Shown piece after piece: positions 53,473 to 61,849 of a stretch of DNA of 64,000 nt (position 1 is its first letter; every line of letters begins with the position of its first letter). Source of the DNA: an uncultured Acidobacteriota bacterium (GTDB lineage Bacteria; Acidobacteriota; Vicinamibacteria; Vicinamibacterales; JAKQTR01); NCBI GenBank assembly GCA_963806085.1, contig CAWDWR010000003.1, positions 778,590 to 842,589 on the forward strand, given 5' to 3'. The position numbers and the translations under genes were made by a program. The notes under the pieces are model-generated. The model saw nothing but the letters and a program-made list of their open reading frames with translations. It was not told the origin of the DNA and searched no databases.

Positions 53473-54189
53473 CTAATTCGCGTGCTGCAGGTACTGTGCG
53501 TCGACGAACTCTTCGACGGCGGACTGATCGGCGGCGTCGATGCGCTCGAACTGCATCCCCATGCCCACGCGCCGGTCGCTCCAGGCCACACGGGCGTCGG
53601 CGTCCACGTCTCGTTTCGAGTTGGGCAGGCGGAAGCGCACCCTGGCGCGGGTCGCGGAGTCGAGCGGGCTCATCGTGCGGATGGCCAGCCCGCCGCGGCT
53701 GAGGTTCAGCGTCACGGCGGCGGCAATGGTGTTGCCGAACCGATAGGCCACCGGGATGCCGAGCGACACGCGCGGGCTGGTCCGGCGGTTGAAATTGTCG
53801 GGGAACAGGTGTGGCGCCAGCGACGGCAGGATCTGCTGCGACGCGCTGTACTCGTTCACGTACCCGGCGATCCCGAGCGTGGCCAGGTCGCGGACTTCGG
53901 ACGCCCCGCTGATCGTGCCGCTGAACACCAGGATCGGCAGGCGCCCGCCGTCGAGCTTGCGAATGGACCTCACGAGGTCGGCCCCGCCGGCATGGGGCAG
54001 GCGGAGGTCCACCATGACCAGGTCGATCTCCGGCAGGTCCGCCCTCACCCGGGCCAGCAGTTCGGCTGCGCTCTTGACGGTGAACGCCCGGTGCCCGGCC
54101 TGCTCGATGGCGGCCCTGAACCGCTCGCGCACGAACGGGGTATCATCGGCGATGAGGACGGTCTTGTGCACGGCGCCGGCCATGGTCAT
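53473..54189 (-). CDS. response regulator receiver domain fused to a PilZ (c-di-GMP binding) domain
   Basis: VLIADD...DLVMVDLRLP receiver. PilZ motifs RRTSPR (RxxxR) and NLSRGG (D/NxSxxG). Intact. The ATG at 54189 is preferred over the TTG at 54198. Confidence 0.75.
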   Translation of the reverse strand: MTMAGAVHKTVLIADDTPFVRERFRAAIEQAGHRAFTVKSAAELLARVRADLPEIDLVMVDLRLPHAGGADLVRSIRKLDGGRLPILVFSGTISGASEVRDLATLGIAGYVNEYSASQQILPSLAPHLFPDNFNRRTSPRVSLGIPVAYRFGNTIAAAVTLNLSRGGLAIRTMSPLDSATRARVRFRLPNSKRDVDADARVAWSDRRVGMGMQFERIDAADQSAVEEFVDAQYLQHAN

Positions 54190-54238
54190 TCTGTGCAAGT
54201 GTATCGGATTGGGCCCGCCGGAACGTTAGGCCGTTGCG

Positions 54239-54268
54239 TTGCAGGCCGGAACGGCTTGTCGCTATAAT
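54239..54268 (+). promoter_or_regulatory. sigma70-like promoter candidate for the LysW-like/larE operon
   Basis: TTGCAG, 18 nt, then TATAAT (54263-54268). This would give a ~110-nt GC-rich leader before the ATG at 54384. Confidence 0.35.
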
Positions 54269-54383
54269 CCAGGCTCCCGTCGCGACAACCGTCGGCGTGT
54301 CAGCAGTTACGCGGGCGCCGCCGGGGTAGGCCCCGGCCCTGGGAGCACTGGCCGGTCCGCGTGCGACCCGTTGTGGAGGCGGT

Positions 54384-54602
54384 ATGGCAATCTGCCCTGA
54401 ATGCGAGTTCGAGATTGACGTCGACGAGTACGACGTGGACCGGGGCGACACCCTCGAATGCGACAACTGCGGGGTGACCCTCGAAATTATCGGCCTCAAC
54501 CCCATCGAGTTCGAGGTCGCGTCCGACGACGACGAGGAAGAAGACGAGGAGGACGACGACCTGGATGAAGAGGAGGCGGAGGTTGATGAGGACGACGAGT
54601 GA
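54384..54602 (+). CDS. LysW-like zinc-ribbon protein with a 27-residue poly-acidic C-terminal tail
   Basis: MAICPECEFEIDVDEYDVDRGDTLECDNCGVTLEIIGLNPIEFEV aligns by eye to Thermus LysW (CPECGAEL...CEDCGAELEVVGLDPLRLE). The tail is SDDDEEEDEEDDDLDEEEAEVDEDDE, ends in Glu, and lacks the EDWGE motif. Confidence 0.55.
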   Translation: MAICPECEFEIDVDEYDVDRGDTLECDNCGVTLEIIGLNPIEFEVASDDDEEEDEEDDDLDEEEAEVDEDDE

Positions 54603-55459
54603 CGGCCCCGGACATGCGCACAGCGCCGGCCACTGACGAGGCCCGGCTCCTGGAGAAAGAGGCGCGTCTCCGTCGGGCGCTCGCGGAGATGGGCTCCGTC
54701 GTCGTCGCGTTCAGCGGCGGCACCGACAGCGCGTACCTCGGCTGGGTGGCCACGTCGGTGCTCGGGCGCGCGGCGCACTGCATCACCGCCGACAGCCCCA
54801 GCTATCCCTCCCGGCACCGCGCGATCGCGGAGCGCCTCGCCCGCGACTTCTCCCTTCACCACGAGTTCATCGTCACCGCCGAGATGGAGAACCCCGAGTA
54901 CCGGGCCAACGAGCCGGACCGCTGCTACCACTGCAAGCAGGAGCTCTTCACGGCGCTTCAGGCCATCGCGAACGATCGCGGCGTCGCGGCGGTGCTGGAC
55001 GGCGCGAACGCCGACGACCGGGGTGATTACCGGCCCGGGCGCAAGGCCGCGCGGGAACTGGGCGTGCGCAGCCCGCTCGACGACGCCGATCTGTCGAAGG
55101 CCGAGATCCGCGAGCTCTCGCGCCGCGCCGGGCTGCCGACGTGGGACGAGCCGGCGTCGGCATGCCTGTCGTCGCGCATTCCCTACCATACCGAGGTCAC
55201 GCCGGAGAAACTGGCGATGATCGAGCGCGCCGAGGATGCGCTCATCGCGCTCGGCTTCCGAGTGTGCCGGGTCCGCCATCACGGCGACGTGGCCCGTGTC
55301 GAACTCGGCCCGGACGAAATGGCGCGCGCCCTGGAGCCGGCGACGCGCGAGGCCATCGTCCGCGACCTGAAGGCCGTCGGCTACCGCTACGTCACCCTCG
55401 ACCTGCAGGGTTACAGGATGGGCAGCCTCAATGAAGGCGTCCGCCTGCAACCGGTGTGA
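54599..55459 (+). CDS. larE: LarE-family PP-loop ATP pyrophosphatase / sulfur transferase (TIGR00268-like)
   Basis: Intact. VVAFSGGTDS PP-loop, CYHCK (CxxC) and SACLSSRIPY Cys motif. GTG 54599 overlaps the upstream stop (or ATG 54614). Confidence 0.78.
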   Translation: MTAPDMRTAPATDEARLLEKEARLRRALAEMGSVVVAFSGGTDSAYLGWVATSVLGRAAHCITADSPSYPSRHRAIAERLARDFSLHHEFIVTAEMENPEYRANEPDRCYHCKQELFTALQAIANDRGVAAVLDGANADDRGDYRPGRKAARELGVRSPLDDADLSKAEIRELSRRAGLPTWDEPASACLSSRIPYHTEVTPEKLAMIERAEDALIALGFRVCRVRHHGDVARVELGPDEMARALEPATREAIVRDLKAVGYRYVTLDLQGYRMGSLNEGVRLQPV

Positions 55460-57819
55460 GGCGTGCGGTGAGGGACGTGCTCGCGCCGGTCACGCGTGGG
55501 TCCCGGGCGTGGTGGGTGGCGGCGGCGCTCGCCCTCGTCTTCCTGGCCGGTCATCTGCCGTTTCTCGCTTCCACGCTCGAGGACGTCGACTCGGTGAACT
55601 TCGCGCTCGGCCTGCGCGATTTCGATCCGGGCCTCCATCGTCCGCACCCGCCCGGCTATCCGATTTACATGGCGCTCGGCAAGGCCGCGAACCTGGTCTT
55701 GAGCGAGCCGCACGCGCTCGCGATCTGGGGCGCGCTGTTCGGGGCGCTGTCCGCGTTCGCGCTGCTGCGGATGTTCGCCGCGTTCGACGCGCTCGACGGC
55801 AATCTTGCGGAACCCCCGGCACGGCTGCGCCACCTCCGCGTCGGCGAGTGGCTCGGCCGGCCGGCCGTGGCCACGGCCCTCACGATGTCGGCGCCGCTCT
55901 TCTGGATGACCGCGTCCCGGCCGATGAGCGACACCGCGGGCCTTGCCGTCTCGCTGACGGCGCAGGCCATCCTGCTCACGGCCGTGGTCCGCCAGCGGGC
56001 GGCCGCGGCCGCGGGTGAGTCGCCGTCGTCTTCCGCGGCCGTGCACTCAGGCCGGCTCATCCTGCTGGGTGCGTTCGTGTCGGCCGTGGCCATCGGCTTC
56101 CGGTCGCAGGCCGCGTGGCTCACGGTGCCCGTCCTCGTGCTGGCGATCGCCGACCGCGCCGGGCGCGGCGCGGCCGGCGTGATTGTCGGGAGCCTGTTCT
56201 GGCTGGCGGCCGGCACGCTGCTGTGGTTCGTGCCGCTCGTCATCGCCAGCGGAGGCCCGGGCGCGTACTACGCGGCGTTCAGCGCCCAGGCGGGCGAGGA
56301 CTGGACCGGCGTCGATCTGCTGGTCACGAACATCAGTGCCCGCAGGCTGGCCTTCGCGCTCTTCGAGACGTTCGTCCGTCATTGGGCGAGCGCAGGAGGG
56401 TTCATGGTGCTGCTGGCGGCGGCCGGCGCCGCTGTGCTGCTCTGGAAAGGCCGCCGCGCGCTTCTCGCGATCCTCGTCGCCTTCGTGCCGTACGCGATCT
56501 TCCACCTGCTGTTCCAGGAGACGGTCACGACGCGGTATGCGCTGCCGCTCGTGCCGGCCATGGCATACCTCGCCACGAGAGGGTTGTATGCGCCGCCTCC
56601 AATCGGCGGGCTGACGCTCGCCGCCGCCCTGGCGATCGTGTTCGGAGTGACGACGGCGCCAATCACGGCCACACTATGCACGGGCCGGTGGGCCGGTGAC
56701 CCGCGCGCTGGCCGAGATCAGGGCGGACGCCGAGGCCCGCAAGGGCGCGGTGGTCGGCATGCACCATCCTTTCGCAAGGACCGTCGAGGCGGAGGGCGTC
56801 GAACCCGCGACGGCATTGAAGGCGCCGCCGAAACACGAGTGGCTCGAGGTCGTTAAACGTTGGCAGGCCGGGTCCACGGGACCCGTGTGGTTTCTCGCGG
56901 ACCCGCGGCGCACCGACCTCGCGCTCGTCGATCCGCAGGCGCAGATGACGCGCGGCGAGTACGCCTGGCCGTTCTCCAGCCAGGTGTATCTGGGCGGCAT
57001 CCGGCCGGATGGCCTGCGGTGGGTCGTCATCGAGGAGCCGGGCTGGTTCGCGGGAGAGGGATGGCACCTGACGCCCGAGACCGCGGGGGTGGCGCGGGCA
57101 GACGGCGCCGGCCTTGGCAAGGGACCGATACGCGCCTGGCTGGGGTCGCGCGATACCGCGGCGGCGATGATGATTGGAGGCCGCCATCTCGGAAGCGGAT
57201 CCGGCCCTGACGTCCGCGTCGCCGTGCGCATCGACGGGCGGGAGATCGAAGCCTGGTCGGTCGCGCCTTCGACGCCAGCGTTCCTGCGGTTCATCGCGCT
57301 GCCGGCCGGCGCGCTGGCTAGCTCCGCGCGCTGGTGCGCGCTCGAGATCGTCGGCGACGGCCGCTGACGGCGCGGCCACCGACATCGTCGCCATCGATCA
57401 GTTCGACCTGCAGGCCCCCGAGACGCCGATGCTTCGGCTTCGCGGAAGGGTGGCAGGAACCCGAGTACGCGCCGCTCCAGGGTCTCTCCTGGCGTTGGGC
57501 GAGCGGGAGGGCGGTGCTGCGGACCGCGCCGACGGGCCGCGACCTCGAGCTGCAGATCGTTGGCGAGTCGCCGCGGCGTTACTTCGATCGGCCCTCGCGG
57601 GTGACCGCCGCGGCCGGTGGTGCCCAACTGTGGAGCGTCGAAGCCGGCAGCGACTTCGCGTGGTCCTTCCGCGTGCCGGCAGCGGCGCTGGCGGCTTCCG
57701 GCGGCGCGATCACGATCGAGACGGACCAGGTCTTCAGGCCGGCCGACCGCGGCCAGGGCGCCGACAAGCGCGCGCTCGGCCTCCGGATCTACGCGGTGAA
57801 ACTCAAGCCGGCTTCCTAG
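55456..57819 (+). pseudogene. GT-C fold membrane glycosyltransferase-like protein (DUF2723/PMT_2-like) with a soluble C-terminal domain; three frame breaks
   Basis: GTGA overlap with larE. LEDVDSVNFALG...HPPGYPIYMALGK, then ~10 TM helices (ORF 55456..56856). C-terminal parts lie in ORFs 56696..57367, 57174 and 57334..57819. Confidence 0.55.
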
Positions 57820-58552
57820 CCAGGCAGAGGAGCGAACTTCCGAAGGGCATGGGCACGGCTCGCACCAGGCCCGCCTCGACGGCCAGCAGCGCGCTGAGTG
57901 CGGCATTGACCGGGCGCGGAGGCACCGTGATCTCGCCTTCAGCCTCGCTCTCCGGCGCGAGCCCTGCGATCCGCTGCACGCCGCGCACGCCCAGCATGAG
58001 CGGGAAGAGCGCGGCGTTCGTGTACGTCATCCGCTCGACGCCGAACCCGGCGGCCTCGAGGCGTGCGCGCAGGCTGGCCCGGCTGTAGCGCCGCAGTTCC
58101 GCCGAGAGCACCGAGTGGTTGCCGCGCAGGATGTCCATCGCGGCCACGTTGATGATGGCCGCGCCGCCGGGCTTGAGCACGCGCCACATCTCCCGCACGG
58201 CTTCCCGCTCGACCTGGTCGGGCAGGCAGTAGAGCACGTCGAACGATGTGACGATGTCGAAGGCGGCCGAGGGATACGGCACGGCGGCCGCGCTCGCCTG
58301 GGCAACGCGCGCCGCGCCGGAGGCACGGGCAAACTGCAGGCCGGTCCAGGTCAGGTCGAAACCCCAGGCTCTGCCGTACGGCTCGAGCAGCACCCGCAGA
58401 TTCGTGCCCGTGCCGCATCCGCAGTCGAGCAGGCGCAGCCCCGTGCGGCCGGCCGCGGCCCGCGCGAGCATCGGCGAGACGAACCGCCGGAATCCGCGGA
58501 ACCAGAAATGATCACGCTCGGCGCGCGCCGTGGCTTCAAGCAGTCGATCCAC
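57803..58552 (-). CDS. class I SAM-dependent methyltransferase
   Basis: LLDCGCGTGTN motif I, VLKPGGAAII. Intact. The ORF track extends to 58669. GTG 58552 (VDRLLEATARAERDHFWF) leaves a sensible divergent promoter region. Confidence 0.75.
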   Translation of the reverse strand: MDRLLEATARAERDHFWFRGFRRFVSPMLARAAAGRTGLRLLDCGCGTGTNLRVLLEPYGRAWGFDLTWTGLQFARASGAARVAQASAAAVPYPSAAFDIVTSFDVLYCLPDQVEREAVREMWRVLKPGGAAIINVAAMDILRGNHSVLSAELRRYSRASLRARLEAAGFGVERMTYTNAALFPLMLGVRGVQRIAGLAPESEAEGEITVPPRPVNAALSALLAVEAGLVRAVPMPFGSSLLCLARKPA

Positions 58553-58686
58553 GCGCGTATTGTACGACGCCGGCCGATTCCTCTGGCCTCGATCTGCCGG
58601 GCATGCCAGAATGAAGCAGGAAGACTGCCAGCCGGCCGTTTCCTTCGGGACGTTCCCATCAGGCCCCACTCAAGGAGAGTTCGCCA

Positions 58687-59264
58687 ATGATGCGGTCGTC
58701 GAAAGCGCTCATTTCCGTCATCGCCCTCGTCCTGGTGACGCTGTCGGTTGCGTGCTCGAAGAAGCCTCCGGTCACCGCTCCGCTTCCGCCGCCGCCGCCC
58801 CCGCCCACGACGCCGGCCCCGCCGCCTCCGCCTCCTCCTCCGCCGCCGCCTCCGGCGGCCGCGCCGAAGCCGCTGACCGAGGACGAGGTGTTCGCGAAGA
58901 AGACGCTGGCGGAACTGAACGCGGAGAAGCCGCTCGAGGACGTGTATCTTCGACTACGACAAGGCGGACCTCAAGGCGGACGCCCGCTCGTCACTGGCGA
59001 AGGACGCGGAGTGGCTGAAGCGCTGGCCGTCGACGAAGGTCATCGTTGAAGGGCACTGCGACTCGCGCGGCACGAACGAGTACAACCTGGCGCTCGGCGA
59101 AAAGCGCGCGGCGGCGGTGCGGGACTACCTGGCGGGCCTCGGCATCGCGGCCGATCGCGTGCAGGTCGTGACCAAGGGCGAAGAGTCGCCATTCTGCCTC
59201 GAGGAAGCCGAGAGCCTGCTTCGCGCAGAACCGGAGAGGCCACTTCATCCTCTCCGCGAAGTAG
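58687..59264 (+). pseudogene. pal: peptidoglycan-associated lipoprotein (OmpA-family C-terminal domain); frame broken twice
   Basis: Lipobox LSVAC, a long Pro linker, then (next frame) FDYDKADLK...VIVEGHCDSRGTNEYNLALGEKRA...VTKGEE, and a third-frame tail ...NRRGHFILSAK (stop 59262..59264). Confidence 0.8.
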
Positions 59265-59272
59265 GACATCCG

Positions 59273-60005
59273 CTACGCTCCTGCGTCCGCCGCGATCTTC
59301 TCGGCCGCGGCGCGGGGGTCCGGTGCCGCGATGATGGGCCTTCCCACGACGATGTAGCTCGCGCCGGCCGCCACGGCTTCCGCCGGCGTCATCGTCCGGG
59401 CCTGGTCGTCCCTGGGCCTCGGCGGCAGGCCCGGCGGGTCTGCAGGGCGGATGCCGGGCGTGATGAGCACGAACTCGTCGCCCCGGGCCGCGCGCAGCCG
59501 TCCCACTTCCTGGGGCGAGGCCACGACGCCGTCCGCGCCGGCCTCCTGCGCCAGCCACGCGAGGGCGTCGACCTGGTCGATGACCGGGCGCGGGACGCCG
59601 ATGGAAATCAGCGTGTCCTGGTCGAAGCTGGTGAGCACGGTGATGGCGATGATGAGCGGGGGCGGCACGCCGGCCTTCGCGGCGCCGGCATGCGCCGCTT
59701 CGCGCGCCGCTTTCATCATGGCCACCCCGCCGCTGGCGTGGACGTCGATGACCCAGGCGCCGAGCTTGGCGGCCTCGGCCGCCGCGCTCGCCACCGTGTT
59801 CGGAATGTCGTGGTACTTCAGGTCCAGGAAGACCCGGTGGCCGGCGTCGACCAGGCGCCGGACGATGTCGGGCCCGGCGGCGGTGAACAGTTGGCTGCCG
59901 ACCTTGACGGCGCCCACCGCGCCGCGCAGGGTGTCGGCGAGCGCGAGCGCCTTGTGCCGGGCTGTCGACGTCCAGTGCGACGATGACGGGATTCACTGCT
60001 GCCAT
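59273..60005 (-). pseudogene. pyrF: orotidine 5'-phosphate decarboxylase; one frame break (~59950)
   Basis: MAAVNPVIVALDV in the ORF 59040..60653 frame, then ORF 59273..59917 (VKVGSQLF...VFLDLKYHDIPNT...ITPGIR...IVVGRPI). Confidence 0.82.
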
Positions 60006-60034
60006 CTCCTGACCCTCACCTCGGGCCGCTGGCG

Positions 60035-60955
60035 TCAGCGGCTCATCTGCACCGTGCCCACGAGGTCCGCCGCGCGGGCAATGCCGTGGCGCGTCATGTA
60101 GTCCTCGATCCCCGCCTGGAGCTTGGGCCAGATGAACGGATCGATGAAGCTGGCCGTGCCCACCTGCACGGCCGTGGCGCCGGCGATCATGAACTCGAGC
60201 ACGTCGCGGGCGCTGCCGATGCCGCCCATGCCGATCACGGGGATCCGGACCTGCTGCGCGCATTCGTACACCATGCGCACGGCGATCGGGCGGATCGCCG
60301 GACCGCTCAGGCCGCCCATGCCGTTCGAAATCGCCGGGCGCCGCGTCTCGAGGTCGATGACCATCGCGAGGAACGTGTTCACGAGCGACACGGCGTCGGC
60401 GCCGTTCTCCTCGGCCGCGCGCGCGAACGACGACACGCTGGTCACGTTGGGCGTGAGCTTCGGGATGAGCGGCAGCGTCGTGACCTTGCGGACGGCCGCC
60501 ACCACCTCGCCCGTGCTCGACAGGTTGCAGCCGAACTGGATGCCGCCTTCCTTGATGTTCGGGCACGAGATGTTGAGCTCGATGGCCGCCACGCCCTCGC
60601 AGTCGGACAGGATCCGCGTCACCTCGGCGTACTCGTCGATCGAGCTGCCGCACACGTTCACGATGACGACGGCGCCGAGGCGGCGCAGTTCCGGCATCTT
60701 CTCGCGGACGAAGCGATGCACGCCGATGCCCTGAAGGCCGATGGCGTTGAGCATGCCGGACGGCGTCTCGACGATGCGCGGAGGCGGATGGCCCTCGCGC
60801 TCCTTCAGGAAGAGCCCCTTGACCACCACCGCGCCGAGCGAGGACAGGTCGACGATCTCGGCGTACTCGAGGCCGTAGCCGAAGCAGCCGCTCGCGGACA
60901 TGAGCGGGTTCTTCAGGACGAGCGAGCCGATACGGACGCTGAGATCCACCGTCAC
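60035..60955 (-). CDS. pyrD: dihydroorotate dehydrogenase, class 1B catalytic subunit
   Basis: GTG 60955 overlaps the pyrK stop. LKNPLMSASGCFGYG...ELNISCPN...NTF...GLSGPAIRPIA...IGMGGI. Intact. Confidence 0.9.
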   Translation of the reverse strand: MTVDLSVRIGSLVLKNPLMSASGCFGYGLEYAEIVDLSSLGAVVVKGLFLKEREGHPPPRIVETPSGMLNAIGLQGIGVHRFVREKMPELRRLGAVVIVNVCGSSIDEYAEVTRILSDCEGVAAIELNISCPNIKEGGIQFGCNLSSTGEVVAAVRKVTTLPLIPKLTPNVTSVSSFARAAEENGADAVSLVNTFLAMVIDLETRRPAISNGMGGLSGPAIRPIAVRMVYECAQQVRIPVIGMGGIGSARDVLEFMIAGATAVQVGTASFIDPFIWPKLQAGIEDYMTRHGIARAADLVGTVQMSR

Positions 60956-61782
60956 TCCCAGATCAGGTCGTCGCCGTTGAACACGGGGCCGTTCAGGCAC
61001 GAGCGCACGAAGCGCGGCGCGCCGCCGGCGTCCCGCACGCGCACCACGCAGCTGTAGCACCCGCCCAGGCCGCAGCCCATGATCCGTTCCGTCGAGAGCT
61101 GCGACGGGCAGCCGTGGGTGCGGGCCAGGCCGGCGACCGCCTTCAGCATCGGCTCCGGACCGCAGGCATACAGCGTCACCGGGACGCCAGCCGGACGGGC
61201 GCGAAGCGCCTCGTCGAGCGGCGCCGTCACCCGGCCGTGCGCGCCGAGCGATCCATCTTCAGTCGCCAGATCGAGCCGCACGCCGCGCGACGCGAACCAG
61301 TCCAGATAGAAGAGGTCGGCGCGCGTGCGGCCCCCGTAGAACAGCCGCGTGCGGGCGCCCGTCGCCTGCAGCGCCTCCGTCAGCGTCGCAAACGGCGCCA
61401 GGCCGACGCCGCCCGCCACCATCCACGCCTCGACCGGCGGCGACACGGGAGAGAACGGCTTGCCGAGCGGGCCCAGGACCGAAAGCCGGTCACCCGCGGC
61501 CGCGTCGTACAGCCTCGTGGTGCCCGGGCCAATCCGCTTGCACAGCACCGAGAAGCCGGATGGCGACCCAGCCGCATCACGGAGGATTTCGAAGACGGAG
61601 AACGGCCGGCGCAGAAGCGGGTCGGTGCCCGCCGCTGTGCGGATCATGACGAACTGCCCCGGCAGGCTCGCGGCGGCGATGGCCGGGGCCTCGAACTGCA
61701 GCACGTTGTAGTCTGCGGACAGGAGGGTATTGCGCAGGACCAGGGACGGAACGTCCAACGGCGGCATGGGGAAAGTATACAT
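60952..61782 (-). CDS. pyrK: dihydroorotate dehydrogenase electron-transfer subunit
   Basis: Start at MYTFPMPP (61782). PGQFVMIR, RPFS, ...MGCGLGGCYSCVV 2Fe-2S loop. The ORF-track extension to 61872 is translated heptamer repeat (RIPNPES...). Confidence 0.85.
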   Translation of the reverse strand: MYTFPMPPLDVPSLVLRNTLLSADYNVLQFEAPAIAAASLPGQFVMIRTAAGTDPLLRRPFSVFEILRDAAGSPSGFSVLCKRIGPGTTRLYDAAAGDRLSVLGPLGKPFSPVSPPVEAWMVAGGVGLAPFATLTEALQATGARTRLFYGGRTRADLFYLDWFASRGVRLDLATEDGSLGAHGRVTAPLDEALRARPAGVPVTLYACGPEPMLKAVAGLARTHGCPSQLSTERIMGCGLGGCYSCVVRVRDAGGAPRFVRSCLNGPVFNGDDLIWE

Positions 61783-61783
61783 G

Positions 61784-61818
61784 TTCGGGATTCGGGATTC
61801 GGGATTCGGGATTCGGGG
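61784..61818. repeat. tandem heptamer array, TTCGGGA x4 plus TTCGGGG
   Basis: Direct reading. It begins 1 nt beyond the pyrK start codon and lies between the divergent pyrK and the AlkP-family gene. No complementary arm seen. Confidence 0.9.
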
Positions 61819-61849
61819 ATAGCATTGAGCGCGAGGCGGCGCGGGACGA

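Noticed and set aside
54599-55459. A full nickel-pincer cofactor (larB-larC-larE) cluster.
   Set aside because: Only larE is present. No LarB (PurE-like) or LarC gene, and no lactate racemase gene, is in the window.
58770-58870. Proline-codon run in pal as a separate repeat feature or contingency tract.
   Set aside because: It encodes the usual flexible Pro-rich linker between the lipobox and the OmpA-like domain. The codons are mixed (CCG/CCC/CCT), not a pure tandem repeat.
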